A stretch of 35,082 nt of DNA from an uncultured Clostridium sp. GTDB taxonomy: Bacteria > Bacillota > Clostridia > TANB77 > CAG-508. Position 1 is the stretch's first letter. Each line of letters begins with the position of its first letter. The notes under the pieces are model-generated. The model saw nothing but the letters and a program-made list of their open reading frames with translations, did no database searches and was not told the DNA's origin. Location of the stretch: positions 6,641-41,722 of the forward strand of contig CAYQBQ010000001.1 of assembly GCA_964415805.1 (NCBI GenBank), given 5' to 3'. A program made the position numbers and the translations under genes. Positions 18,100-26,902 of this stretch are shown piece by piece.

Positions 18100-18131
18100 A
18101 TAATGAAATATCGAAAAACAATAAAAAAGTA

Positions 18132-18160
18132 TTGACAAATAATAATACTTAATGTAAACT
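18132..18160 (+). promoter_or_regulatory. Putative sigma-A promoter for the DUF4153/DUF2975/HTH operon
   Basis: TTGACA (18132-18137), a 17-nt spacer, then TAAACT (18155-18160). Confidence 0.45.
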
Positions 18161-18179
18161 ATAACTATAAATTTAAAAA

Positions 18180-18210
18180 ATAGGAATTTAGGCCCGTCCC
18201 CAAATCCTAT
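18180..18210. repeat. Hairpin with a CGTCCCC loop in the 5' UTR of the DUF4153 gene (third stem variant of the GGGAC-loop hairpins)
   Basis: ATAGGA(A)TTT (18180-18189) / AAATCCTAT (18202-18210) with loop aggcccgtcccc. It ends one base before the RBS AAAGGAG. Confidence 0.6.
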
Positions 18211-18226
18211 AAAAGGAGATAAAATT

Positions 18227-19744
18227 ATGAAAAAGATTTTATACAGTAGTTTATTTTTAAGTATATTACAGTCAATACTTTTTTGGCATAAAAGCCCAGG
18301 AATATCAATAGCAATATTTTTGACTGCAACAATTATTTTAATAATATACAATTTAAAAGAAAAAAAAATGCTAAAAAATAAAAAAGGAATATTATGGGCA
18401 ATACCAATAGAATTATTAGGATTAACATATTTTATATTTAACAATACATTTTTTAAAATCCTAAATGGACCAGTTATATTAGCATTATTTGTGATAATGT
18501 GTATGAACGTTACTAAGACGAAAGTAACAGAATATAAATTTATAAGACAAATTTTAAGTAAGATATTTAAACCATTTGCAGTGTTATTTGATTTTATAAG
18601 TGACTTTGATATGGATGAATTTTTTGAAAAGCAAAAAGAAAATAAAAATAATAAATCAGAAAGTGTTAAAAAAGTAGGAAAATCATTATTGATTGCAATA
18701 CCTGTAATCTTGGTTATAATCTTTCTATTATCTTCAGCAGATAGTGTATTTGGAAGTATATTCAGTAGCTTTACAAAATCAATATCAAAAATTCTAGAAA
18801 TAAAAACAATAAATGACTTACTAGGAAGAATTATGGTAATAGCCATAGTGTTTATATATATTTCAGGATTTATAATAGCATTTGCTAAAAGTGAGAAGTA
18901 CGAAGAAAAAGAAGAAAATTCAACAGGAATAAAATTAAGTGATTTAACAATAAAAATATTGTTAGTATCGCTAAACATAATTTATTTATTATTTAGCGTA
19001 ATTCAATTTAAGTATTTATTTATGAATGCAGGAAGAACAGCAGATTTTGACTATGCAACATATGCAAGAACAGGATTCTTTCAATTGATGTTTGTTTCGT
19101 TTATAAATTTTGCATTATTACATATTTGCAGAAAAAATGAAGAAAAGAATAAATTTATAAAAATAATGCTAATAATTTTTACAATAATAATTGTAATTTC
19201 AGCGGCATTCAGAATGCACTTATATGAACAAGAATATGGATATACATATTTAAGATTATTTGTATATTTTACATTGATGACAGAAATTTTAGTATTAATA
19301 CCAATATTAGCAAGGATTTGTGGTCAAAAAATAAATACATTTAAAACTACAATACAAATTGCTATTATAATGTATGTTGCCTTAAATTTTATAAATATTG
19401 ATAAGATAATTGCTAGAAACAATATAGATAAATATCTAGCAGATATAGAAAACGAATCTATTGACTATTACTATTTAAAAGAAATAACTGGAACAGATTC
19501 AATTGAGGAGCAACTAAGAATATTAAATGAGAAAGAAGAAGGCTTATCAGCTGATGCTAAAGAGTATCTAGTAAATCTTAAATCAAGTGTAAGAACTAAT
19601 TTAAGAGGGTATAAACTACAATATGGAAAAAATTATAAACCATCATTTGCTGAATGGAATTTATCAAAATCAAGGGTTGAGTCATTACTAGAAAATGTAG
19701 ACTTAACAGATAGGAGTATAAATTATGAAAATAACTGGAAATAG
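18227..19744 (+). CDS. Polytopic membrane protein (DUF4153/DUF4173-like)
   Basis: 505 aa after RBS AAAGGAG, with many TM helices and a soluble C-terminal region. The family name comes from remembered architecture only. Confidence 0.7.
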   Translation: MKKILYSSLFLSILQSILFWHKSPGISIAIFLTATIILIIYNLKEKKMLKNKKGILWAIPIELLGLTYFIFNNTFFKILNGPVILALFVIMCMNVTKTKVTEYKFIRQILSKIFKPFAVLFDFISDFDMDEFFEKQKENKNNKSESVKKVGKSLLIAIPVILVIIFLLSSADSVFGSIFSSFTKSISKILEIKTINDLLGRIMVIAIVFIYISGFIIAFAKSEKYEEKEENSTGIKLSDLTIKILLVSLNIIYLLFSVIQFKYLFMNAGRTADFDYATYARTGFFQLMFVSFINFALLHICRKNEEKNKFIKIMLIIFTIIIVISAAFRMHLYEQEYGYTYLRLFVYFTLMTEILVLIPILARICGQKINTFKTTIQIAIIMYVALNFINIDKIIARNNIDKYLADIENESIDYYYLKEITGTDSIEEQLRILNEKEEGLSADAKEYLVNLKSSVRTNLRGYKLQYGKNYKPSFAEWNLSKSRVESLLENVDLTDRSINYENNWK

Positions 19745-20234
19745 AAGTATATCTTCAATGATAAAAATATTTCTAATAATAATATTTGCAATATGTATTG
19801 CATCAATAATTACAGTGCCAATTGTTATAGAAAATCAGGGTGATGTGAATTTCAAACAGATGATTTTGAATGAGCCATTAGGAACAACAATAATATGCAT
19901 TTATTTATCAGGAATCCCAGCATTAGTAATGTTATATCAATTTATAAAAATATTTAGTGCATTAGAAAAAGGTGAAGTTTTTAGTAGGAAAATAGAAAAT
20001 AGATTTTTAATAACTTCAATTTGTTCTATTGTAATTGGAATTATATATGGAATTAATGTAATTGTAATGCCAAGTAAAATAGTCCAATTTGAATACTCAG
20101 CAATTGTAGCTTACATATTTTTCGCTATTATTACAGCGATGATATTTCTTATATTAGGAATTGGATTGATAGTGTTAAAAGAAATTTATAAAACCGCAAT
20201 AGAAAATAAGGAAGAAAATGATTTAACAATATAG
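19725..20234 (+). CDS. DUF2975-like 4-TM membrane protein
   Basis: 169 aa, overlapping the upstream gene by 20 nt, RBS TAGGAG. Pairing with a YozG-like HTH gene is the usual DUF2975 context. Confidence 0.7.
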   Translation: MKITGNRSISSMIKIFLIIIFAICIASIITVPIVIENQGDVNFKQMILNEPLGTTIICIYLSGIPALVMLYQFIKIFSALEKGEVFSRKIENRFLITSICSIVIGIIYGINVIVMPSKIVQFEYSAIVAYIFFAIITAMIFLILGIGLIVLKEIYKTAIENKEENDLTI

Positions 20235-20253
20235 TTGAAAAAGGAGAGTTAAG

Positions 20254-20460
20254 ATGGCAATAATAGTTAATTTAGATGTAATGATGGCAAAAAGAAAAAT
20301 GTCATCAAATGAATTAGCACAAAAGATAGGAATTACAAATGCTAATCTTTCTATATTAAAGAACAATAAAGGTAAGGCAATTAGATTTTCTACATTAGAT
20401 AAAATTTGTGAGGTTTTGGAGTGTACACCTGGGGATATTTTGGAATATATTGAAAAATAA
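20254..20460 (+). CDS. XRE-family HTH transcriptional regulator (YozG-like)
   Basis: 68 aa. IIVNLDVMMAKRKMSSNELAQKIGITNANLSILKNNKGKAIRFSTLDKICEVLECTPGDILEY closely matches the YozG-type small regulators. Confidence 0.9.
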   Translation: MAIIVNLDVMMAKRKMSSNELAQKIGITNANLSILKNNKGKAIRFSTLDKICEVLECTPGDILEYIEK

Positions 20461-20511
20461 AAAATGTTATGATATTATGATAAAAATAAAAATTGTCAGG
20501 AGATGTATTTT

Positions 20512-22566
20512 ATGAAAAACAAAAAAACAGTAATAATTGCAATAGTAATAATACTAGCAATAGCAGTTATAGTGGGAGCAATATTTATAATAAACAAGAA
20601 AGCTCCAAAACCTGAGGAAGCACTAAGCACATATATATCATTATTAAATGAACAAAAATATGAAGAGATGTATAGCATGATTTCAGAGTATTCAAAATCA
20701 CAAATATCACAAGAAGATTTCATAAAAAGAAATAAAAACATATATGAAGGAATTGATGCATATGACATAAAAATCATGCCATCCGAAACAACGAAAGATG
20801 GTAAAACATATAGCATCAGATACGATGAAAGTATGTCTACATCAGCAGGGACAATATCTTTTACAAACACTGCAAAATTGGTAAAGGGAGACAAAGATTA
20901 TAAAATAAGCTGGTCTTCTAGTATGATTTTTCCAGAATTAAGAGCAACAGATAAGGTAAGAGTTTCTACTTTATCAGCAAAAAGAGGAGAGATTTTAGAT
21001 AGAAATGGTGAAAAACTTGCTGAGAATGGAAGCATTTCAAGTGTTGGAATCGTACCAGGAAAATTAGGAGAAAACAAAGAAGAAAGTATAAGCAAAATAT
21101 CAGAGTTAACAGGTGTATCAACAGATTACATAAATACACAAATATCAGCTTCATATGTTAAAGATGATACATTTGTGCCAATAAAAAAGATTTCAGCAAA
21201 TAATACAGAACTAAAAAACCAATTACTAGAAATATCTGGAATCAAAATTACAAGTGTTGATGCAAGAGTTTACCCATTAGGTGAAGAAGCAGCACATTTA
21301 ATCGGTTATGTGCAAGCAATAAGTGCAGAAGAATTAAAACAAAAAGAAGGAAAAGGATATAATTCAAGTAGCATTATTGGAAAAGCAGGTTTAGAACAAG
21401 CATATGAAGATACTTTAAGAGGTGTTGATGGAACAGAAATTTATATAGCAGATGAAAATGGTAATAAGTTAAAAACTTTAGCAACACAAGAGAAAAAAGA
21501 TGGAACAGATGTCAAGTTAACAATTGACAGTTTAATACAAAAGAATCTATATGATCAAATGAAAACAGACAAGGGATTTTTTGTAGTTATGAATCCAACA
21601 ACAGGTGAATTACTTGCAACAGTAAGTACACCATCATACAACTCAAATGACTTTGTACTAGGAATGACAACTGATAAATGGAATGAACTTAATAATGATG
21701 CTAGCAAACCATTATACAACAGATTTTTACAAAGCTATTGTCCAGGATCAACATTTAAGCCAATAACCGCAGCAATAGGCTTAACAAGTGGAAAATTAAA
21801 AACAGACACAACATTTAACTATTCAGGACTAAAATGGCAAAAAAATTCAAGCTGGGGAGATGTCTATATAACAACATTAACAGCATATAATGGACCAAAA
21901 AATATAGCAAATGCATTAATACACTCTGACAACATATTTTTTGGACAAGCAGCAATGCAAATCGGAAAAGATACATTCTGTTCAGGACTAGACAAATTAG
22001 GATTTAACGAAAACATTGACCAAACAATTAAATTTCCATTAACATTTAAAAAATCACAATATTCAAATTCAGAAAAAGCAGATATGAATGAAAAGAAATT
22101 AGCAGATTCAGGATATGGCCAAGGCGATATATTAGTAAACCCAATACATATGGCATCAATATACTCAGCATTTGCAAACAACGGAAACATGGTAAAACCA
22201 TATATTGAATACGAAAATGGAAAAACAGAATATTTAAAAGAAAACGCATTCACATCAGATGCAGCAAATACAGTAAAAAATGACTTGATACAAGTTGTAG
22301 AAAATCCAGAAGGAACAGCAACTGACATGAAAGTACCGGGTGTTACGATTGCCGGAAAAACAGGAACAGCAGAATTAAAAACTACAAGCACAGATACAGA
22401 AAGTGGCACTTTAGGATGGTTTGACTGCTTCACAGTTGACTATTCTGCTAGTAACCCAAATGTAAATGATATGCTTATTATAGGTATGGTAGAAAATACA
22501 CAAAATAATAGTAGTGGTGGCAGCCATTATGTAATTAAAAAAATAAGAACTTTATTTGTAAAATGA
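20512..22566 (+). CDS. Class B penicillin-binding protein with an NTF2-like MecA_N domain (PBP2a/PbpC-type transpeptidase)
   Basis: I prefer the ATG at 20512 (9 nt after AGGAG) over 20503. It has a signal-anchor helix and the motifs STFK, HSDN (SxN) and KTGTAE. Its TGA stop is the first triplet of the repeat at 22564. Confidence 0.9.
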   Translation: MKNKKTVIIAIVIILAIAVIVGAIFIINKKAPKPEEALSTYISLLNEQKYEEMYSMISEYSKSQISQEDFIKRNKNIYEGIDAYDIKIMPSETTKDGKTYSIRYDESMSTSAGTISFTNTAKLVKGDKDYKISWSSSMIFPELRATDKVRVSTLSAKRGEILDRNGEKLAENGSISSVGIVPGKLGENKEESISKISELTGVSTDYINTQISASYVKDDTFVPIKKISANNTELKNQLLEISGIKITSVDARVYPLGEEAAHLIGYVQAISAEELKQKEGKGYNSSSIIGKAGLEQAYEDTLRGVDGTEIYIADENGNKLKTLATQEKKDGTDVKLTIDSLIQKNLYDQMKTDKGFFVVMNPTTGELLATVSTPSYNSNDFVLGMTTDKWNELNNDASKPLYNRFLQSYCPGSTFKPITAAIGLTSGKLKTDTTFNYSGLKWQKNSSWGDVYITTLTAYNGPKNIANALIHSDNIFFGQAAMQIGKDTFCSGLDKLGFNENIDQTIKFPLTFKKSQYSNSEKADMNEKKLADSGYGQGDILVNPIHMASIYSAFANNGNMVKPYIEYENGKTEYLKENAFTSDAANTVKNDLIQVVENPEGTATDMKVPGVTIAGKTGTAELKTTSTDTESGTLGWFDCFTVDYSASNPNVNDMLIIGMVENTQNNSSGGSHYVIKKIRTLFVK

Positions 22567-22610
22567 GACAATTGGGACGGTGCAAATCTGTCTCACTATT
22601 TATGTCGAAA
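22564..22610 (+). repeat. Solo unit of the TGAGACA-type palindromic element (family B)
   Basis: TGAGACA (22564-22570) / TGTCTCA (22589-22595) with an 18-nt loop attgggacggtgcaaatc and tail ctatttatgtcgaaa. It aligns with the left half of the addA insert. Confidence 0.85.
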
Positions 22611-22640
22611 TATGTTTAAAATTGTGTGGAGGTATAAGTT

Positions 22641-23171
22641 ATGTTTGAAAATATAAATAAAATTACAATAGTAGGTGGACCAGGAACTGGAAAAAGCACA
22701 TTAGCTAAAAATTTGGGTAAAGTATTAAATTTACCAGTATATCATATAGATTCAATAGAACATTTAGAAAATTGGAAAAAACGAAATAGTAAGGAACGAG
22801 ACAATATCATTTTAAATAAAATAGAAGAACCTAAATGGGTGATGGATGGTACTTACAAAACAACACTGAAACAAAGAGTTGAAAAATCTGATATGGTAGT
22901 ATTTCTTAATTATTCAACACTAGCTAGGTTAAAAGGAATATTTTCAAGATACTTCAAATTAAAAGGGAAAGATAGACCGGAAATGCCAGGATGTAAAGAA
23001 AAGTTAGAATTAAAATTTATAAGGTTTGCAATTAATTGGGATAAAGAAAAGGCACGATTTGTGAAGGATATATTAAGGGAAAATCAAAATAAAAATATTT
23101 TTATTTTTAAAAATAGAAGAAGTTTGAATAAATGGTTTGAAAAAGAGTTTGGTACAAAAATATCATTATAA
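22641..23171 (+). CDS. P-loop nucleotide-kinase-fold protein (FlaR / topology-modulation-protein-like)
   Basis: 176 aa with Walker A GGPGTGKST at the N terminus. Size and layout are those of adenylate-kinase-like FlaR proteins. Confidence 0.7.
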   Translation: MFENINKITIVGGPGTGKSTLAKNLGKVLNLPVYHIDSIEHLENWKKRNSKERDNIILNKIEEPKWVMDGTYKTTLKQRVEKSDMVVFLNYSTLARLKGIFSRYFKLKGKDRPEMPGCKEKLELKFIRFAINWDKEKARFVKDILRENQNKNIFIFKNRRSLNKWFEKEFGTKISL

Positions 23172-23185
23172 ATTAGGAGAATAAA

Positions 23186-23914
23186 ATGAAATTAGGAATA
23201 ATAACAGATATACACGGAAATTTAGTTGCATTAAAATCAGTATTATCAGAATTTGAAAAAGAAAATATAGATAAAATAATATGTTGTGGAGATATAATAG
23301 GAATAGGACCATGCCCAGAAGAAACAATAAAATTATTATTGAAATATAAAGGTAAAGTAATAGCAGTAAAAGGAAATCATGAGCAATATTTATTAGATGG
23401 GTTGCCACAAAGAGTTCATGATAATAGAAGAAAAATGAATCCAGAAGAAATAAAAAATCACGAGTGGACTAAAACACAAGTAAGTGAAACTTCAACAAAA
23501 TTTTTAAAAGAACTTCCAATATATTCAAAAATAGAAATTGAAGGAAAAAGAATTTATATAATACATTATCCTATAGATAAGAATGGAGAATATATAAAAC
23601 ATACTAAGAATGCAACAATAAAAGAAAATGAGAAAATTTTTAATGGAATTCAAGCAGATATATTTGTTTATGGTCATACACATGCAATAAGTGTAAATAA
23701 TAATGGAAATAAGTGGTACATAAATCCAGGAAGTCTAGGATGTCCATTAGCAAGTAATATTGCGAATGCAGGAATATTGACTGTAAACAAAGATAAAATT
23801 GAATATGAGCAACTATATGTAAAATATGATGTGGAAGAAGCAAAAAAAGAAATAAATAATAAAAAATATCCATTTTATAAAGAAATATTAAAAATTTTTT
23901 ATGGAAATGGATAG
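23186..23914 (+). CDS. Calcineurin-like metallophosphoesterase (YfcE/MJ0936 family)
   Basis: 242 aa with motifs DIHGN, CGDIIG, GNHE and GHTH. Confidence 0.85.
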   Translation: MKLGIITDIHGNLVALKSVLSEFEKENIDKIICCGDIIGIGPCPEETIKLLLKYKGKVIAVKGNHEQYLLDGLPQRVHDNRRKMNPEEIKNHEWTKTQVSETSTKFLKELPIYSKIEIEGKRIYIIHYPIDKNGEYIKHTKNATIKENEKIFNGIQADIFVYGHTHAISVNNNGNKWYINPGSLGCPLASNIANAGILTVNKDKIEYEQLYVKYDVEEAKKEINNKKYPFYKEILKIFYGNG

Positions 23915-23963
23915 AATTAGTGCTATTAACCATGCCACGAGAGTTGAAAAAATAGAAAAAATC

Positions 23964-23995
23964 AAAAGGAATGATAACTAATCATTCCTTTTTTG
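23964..23995 (+). terminator. Intrinsic terminator after the phosphoesterase gene
   Basis: A 12-bp stem aaaaggaatgat (23964-23975) / atcattcctttt (23981-23992) with a 5-nt loop and a T-run through 23994. Confidence 0.7.
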
Positions 23996-24091
23996 TACAT
24001 AACACAAAAAGATCCAAAACACCCTTTTGTTTTCACAACAGATATGATATAGTATAACATATAAAAAACAAAAATTAAGAAGGAAAAAACT

Positions 24092-24760
24092 ATGAAAAAA
24101 ATATTATTAGTAGAAGACAACCAAACAATAATAATGGGACTAAAATATACATTAGAACAAGAAAACTTCCAAGTAATATCAGCACAAAATGTAGCAGAAA
24201 GCAAAGAAAAAATAACAAAAGAACAAATAGACATAGTACTACTAGATGTATCATTACCAGACGGAAACGGATTTGACATATGCAAAGAAATAAAAGAAAA
24301 ACAAGATATACCAGTAATATTCCTAACAGCACAAGATGAAGAAACAAGCATAGTACTAGGACTTGATTTGGGAGCAGACGATTATATCGTAAAACCATTT
24401 AGAACAAGAGAATTGATATCTAGAATAAAATCAGTTTTAAGACGATATGGTCAAAAAGAAGAAAACAGTAATATAATTCAATACAAAAACATCAAAATAG
24501 ATACAACATCAGCAAAAGTATACAAATATAATGAGGAGATTATTTTTACAAGTTTAGAGTATAGAATATTGCTTATGTTGTTTACAAATCAAAATAAATT
24601 AATTACAAGAGAACAACTACTAGAAAAAATATGGGATATTGCTGGAAATTTTGTTAATGATAATACTTTGACAGTTTATATAAAAAGAATTAGAGAAAAA
24701 TTAGGAGATGATTCAATTATTAAGACTGTTAGGGGACTTGGATATAGGATAGGAGATTAA
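24092..24760 (+). CDS. OmpR/PhoB-family response regulator
   Basis: 222 aa with a receiver domain (DIVLLDVSLPDGNG) and a winged-helix output domain (TLTVYIKRIREKL, RGLGYRI). Confidence 0.95.
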   Translation: MKKILLVEDNQTIIMGLKYTLEQENFQVISAQNVAESKEKITKEQIDIVLLDVSLPDGNGFDICKEIKEKQDIPVIFLTAQDEETSIVLGLDLGADDYIVKPFRTRELISRIKSVLRRYGQKEENSNIIQYKNIKIDTTSAKVYKYNEEIIFTSLEYRILLMLFTNQNKLITREQLLEKIWDIAGNFVNDNTLTVYIKRIREKLGDDSIIKTVRGLGYRIGD

Positions 24761-24761
24761 A

Positions 24762-25997
24762 ATGAAACATTTAAAAAACAAAAATATAAAATACCTGATA
24801 CTACCAATGATAATATTAACAATATTAACAAGCATAGTAATTACACTTCAAACATATAACCAGTACAAAAAAGTAACAATAACAGCAAACCAAAAAATAG
24901 CAGAAATAATAGGAACAATTATAAAACATGAACCAGGAATAGATACAAGAACAATAATAAAAACATTAAACTCAAAACAAGATACAGAAGAATATCAAAA
25001 AGGACAAGACGAACTTAAAAAATACGGAATTAATATAAACGAAGCCAATTCCATAATAACAGTACAAAATCAAATGAAACAAAATTTGACATTAAACATT
25101 ATATTAATCATAGTATTTAGCATTTTATGGACGTTTATTATTTTTGAATATTTAAAAAGAAGAGACAAAAAAATAAACCAAATCACACAATACATAAACA
25201 AAATAAAAAACAAAAAATATGAGTTAGACATAAACGAAAACAGTGAAGATGAACTAAGTAATTTAAAAAATGAATTATATAAAATCACAGTTATGCTTAA
25301 GGAGGAAAGTGAAATATCGAAAAAAGACAAGGAAAATTTGAAAATGTCAGTTGAGGATATATCACATCAATTAAAAACACCTTTAACATCAATAACTATA
25401 ATGTTAGACAACTTAAAAGACAACCCCAATATGGATGAAAACACAAAACAAAAATTTATATTTGAAATCAGCAAACAAATTGATTGGATAAACTGGCTTG
25501 TTATATCAATGTTAAAATTGTCAAAATTAGATGCAAATGTTGTACAATTTTATGAAGAGAAAATTAATCTAAAAAGATTTATAGATGAAATTATAAAAAA
25601 TCTAGAGATACCAATTGAAATAAAAAATCAACAAATAGTTATTGAAGGAGACGAGAGCGCTTCGTTTATTGGAGATTACAAGTGGCAACAAGAAGCGGTT
25701 ACAAATATTATTAAAAATTGTATTGAACATAACAAAGACAATGGAAAAGTTTATATTAGATATGAAGAAAATACTTTATTTACAAAAATAACAATAAAAG
25801 ATGAAGGGGAAGGAATTTCAAAAGAAGATTTAAAACACATATTTGAAAGGTTTTATAAGGGGCAAAATTCTTCAGAAAATAGTGTCGGTATTGGACTGGC
25901 ATTAGCAAAGAATATTATTGAAAAAAATAATGGTATGATAAGTTGTAAATCTGAACTTGACAAAGGTACAGAATTTGCGATTAAGTATATGAAGTAA
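24762..25997 (+). CDS. Sensor histidine kinase
   Basis: 411 aa with two TM helices flanking a roughly 90-aa external loop, an H-box EDISHQLKTPLTSI, and N/G boxes (NCIEHN, GIGLALAKNIIE). It starts 1 nt after the RR stop. Confidence 0.95.
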   Translation: MKHLKNKNIKYLILPMIILTILTSIVITLQTYNQYKKVTITANQKIAEIIGTIIKHEPGIDTRTIIKTLNSKQDTEEYQKGQDELKKYGININEANSIITVQNQMKQNLTLNIILIIVFSILWTFIIFEYLKRRDKKINQITQYINKIKNKKYELDINENSEDELSNLKNELYKITVMLKEESEISKKDKENLKMSVEDISHQLKTPLTSITIMLDNLKDNPNMDENTKQKFIFEISKQIDWINWLVISMLKLSKLDANVVQFYEEKINLKRFIDEIIKNLEIPIEIKNQQIVIEGDESASFIGDYKWQQEAVTNIIKNCIEHNKDNGKVYIRYEENTLFTKITIKDEGEGISKEDLKHIFERFYKGQNSSENSVGIGLALAKNIIEKNNGMISCKSELDKGTEFAIKYMK

Positions 25998-26036
25998 TAG
26001 AAAGTTTAATAAATGTAAAATGTAGGAGAAGAAAAA

Positions 26037-26606
26037 ATGAAATTATATGTAGTAAGACATGGACAAACAGACTGGAATGTAGCAGGAAAATGCCAAGGAA
26101 GAACGGATATAGAGTTAAACAACACAGGAATAGAACAAGCAAAAAATACAAAAGTACAATTAAAAAATTATAATATAGATTTGATAATATGTTCACCTTT
26201 GAAACGAGCAATAAAAACAGCGGAAATAATAAATGAAGAAACAAAATGTAACATTATAATTGATGAAAGATTAATAGAAAGAGGCTGTGGCGAAGTTGAG
26301 GGAACAACGAAAGAGGAAAGGCCAGGTATAGTTGATAATGAGGATATAGATATAATAAATAATTATTATTTAAATTGGAATAAAAAAGATATAGAACCAA
26401 TACAAACTATATGCAAAAGGGTATGGAATTTACTGGATGAGATACAAGAGAAATATAAAGATAAAAATATTTTGCTAGTCACACATGGTGGAACTTGTAG
26501 AGCAATTAACGCATATTTTAATGGAATTGGTGAAAATGGACATGTTCAGAGTGCTCATATAAAAAATTGTGAAATTAGAGAATTCAAATATAGAAAAAAT
26601 AATTAA
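26037..26606 (+). CDS. Histidine phosphatase (phosphoglycerate-mutase superfamily) protein
   Basis: 189 aa with the RHG catalytic motif (VVRHGQTDWN), SPLKRAIKTAE and LLVTHGG. It starts 39 nt after the kinase gene. Confidence 0.85.
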   Translation: MKLYVVRHGQTDWNVAGKCQGRTDIELNNTGIEQAKNTKVQLKNYNIDLIICSPLKRAIKTAEIINEETKCNIIIDERLIERGCGEVEGTTKEERPGIVDNEDIDIINNYYLNWNKKDIEPIQTICKRVWNLLDEIQEKYKDKNILLVTHGGTCRAINAYFNGIGENGHVQSAHIKNCEIREFKYRKNN

Positions 26607-26902
26607 AAAATGAATATAAAACCTAAAAGTATAAAGTTTTGAGTTAATTAATTTTATCATATATCCAGTATATAAAATAAAAACTTGTTACTTGCAATTA
26701 ACAAAATTTGTTAAAGAAATAACAATAAACAAAATTACTGCAGGGATATTAAGGTTCTTTACATCATTACTAAAAACAGCATATTGTACTGGAATATGAT
26801 GAAAACAAAAATAGGGTAGACATTGAATAAATTTATGATATAATTATAAAGGTAAAGTACAAAAAATTTGAATTATGATAAAATGAATAAGGAGAAATAT
26901 AA

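Noticed and set aside
26609-26641. Mini-ORFs in the 296-nt gap before the HipA-like gene (for example atgaatataaaacctaaaagtataaagttttga).
   Set aside because: They are 7-10 codons long with no ribosome-binding site and nothing resembling an HTH or HipS-like partner.
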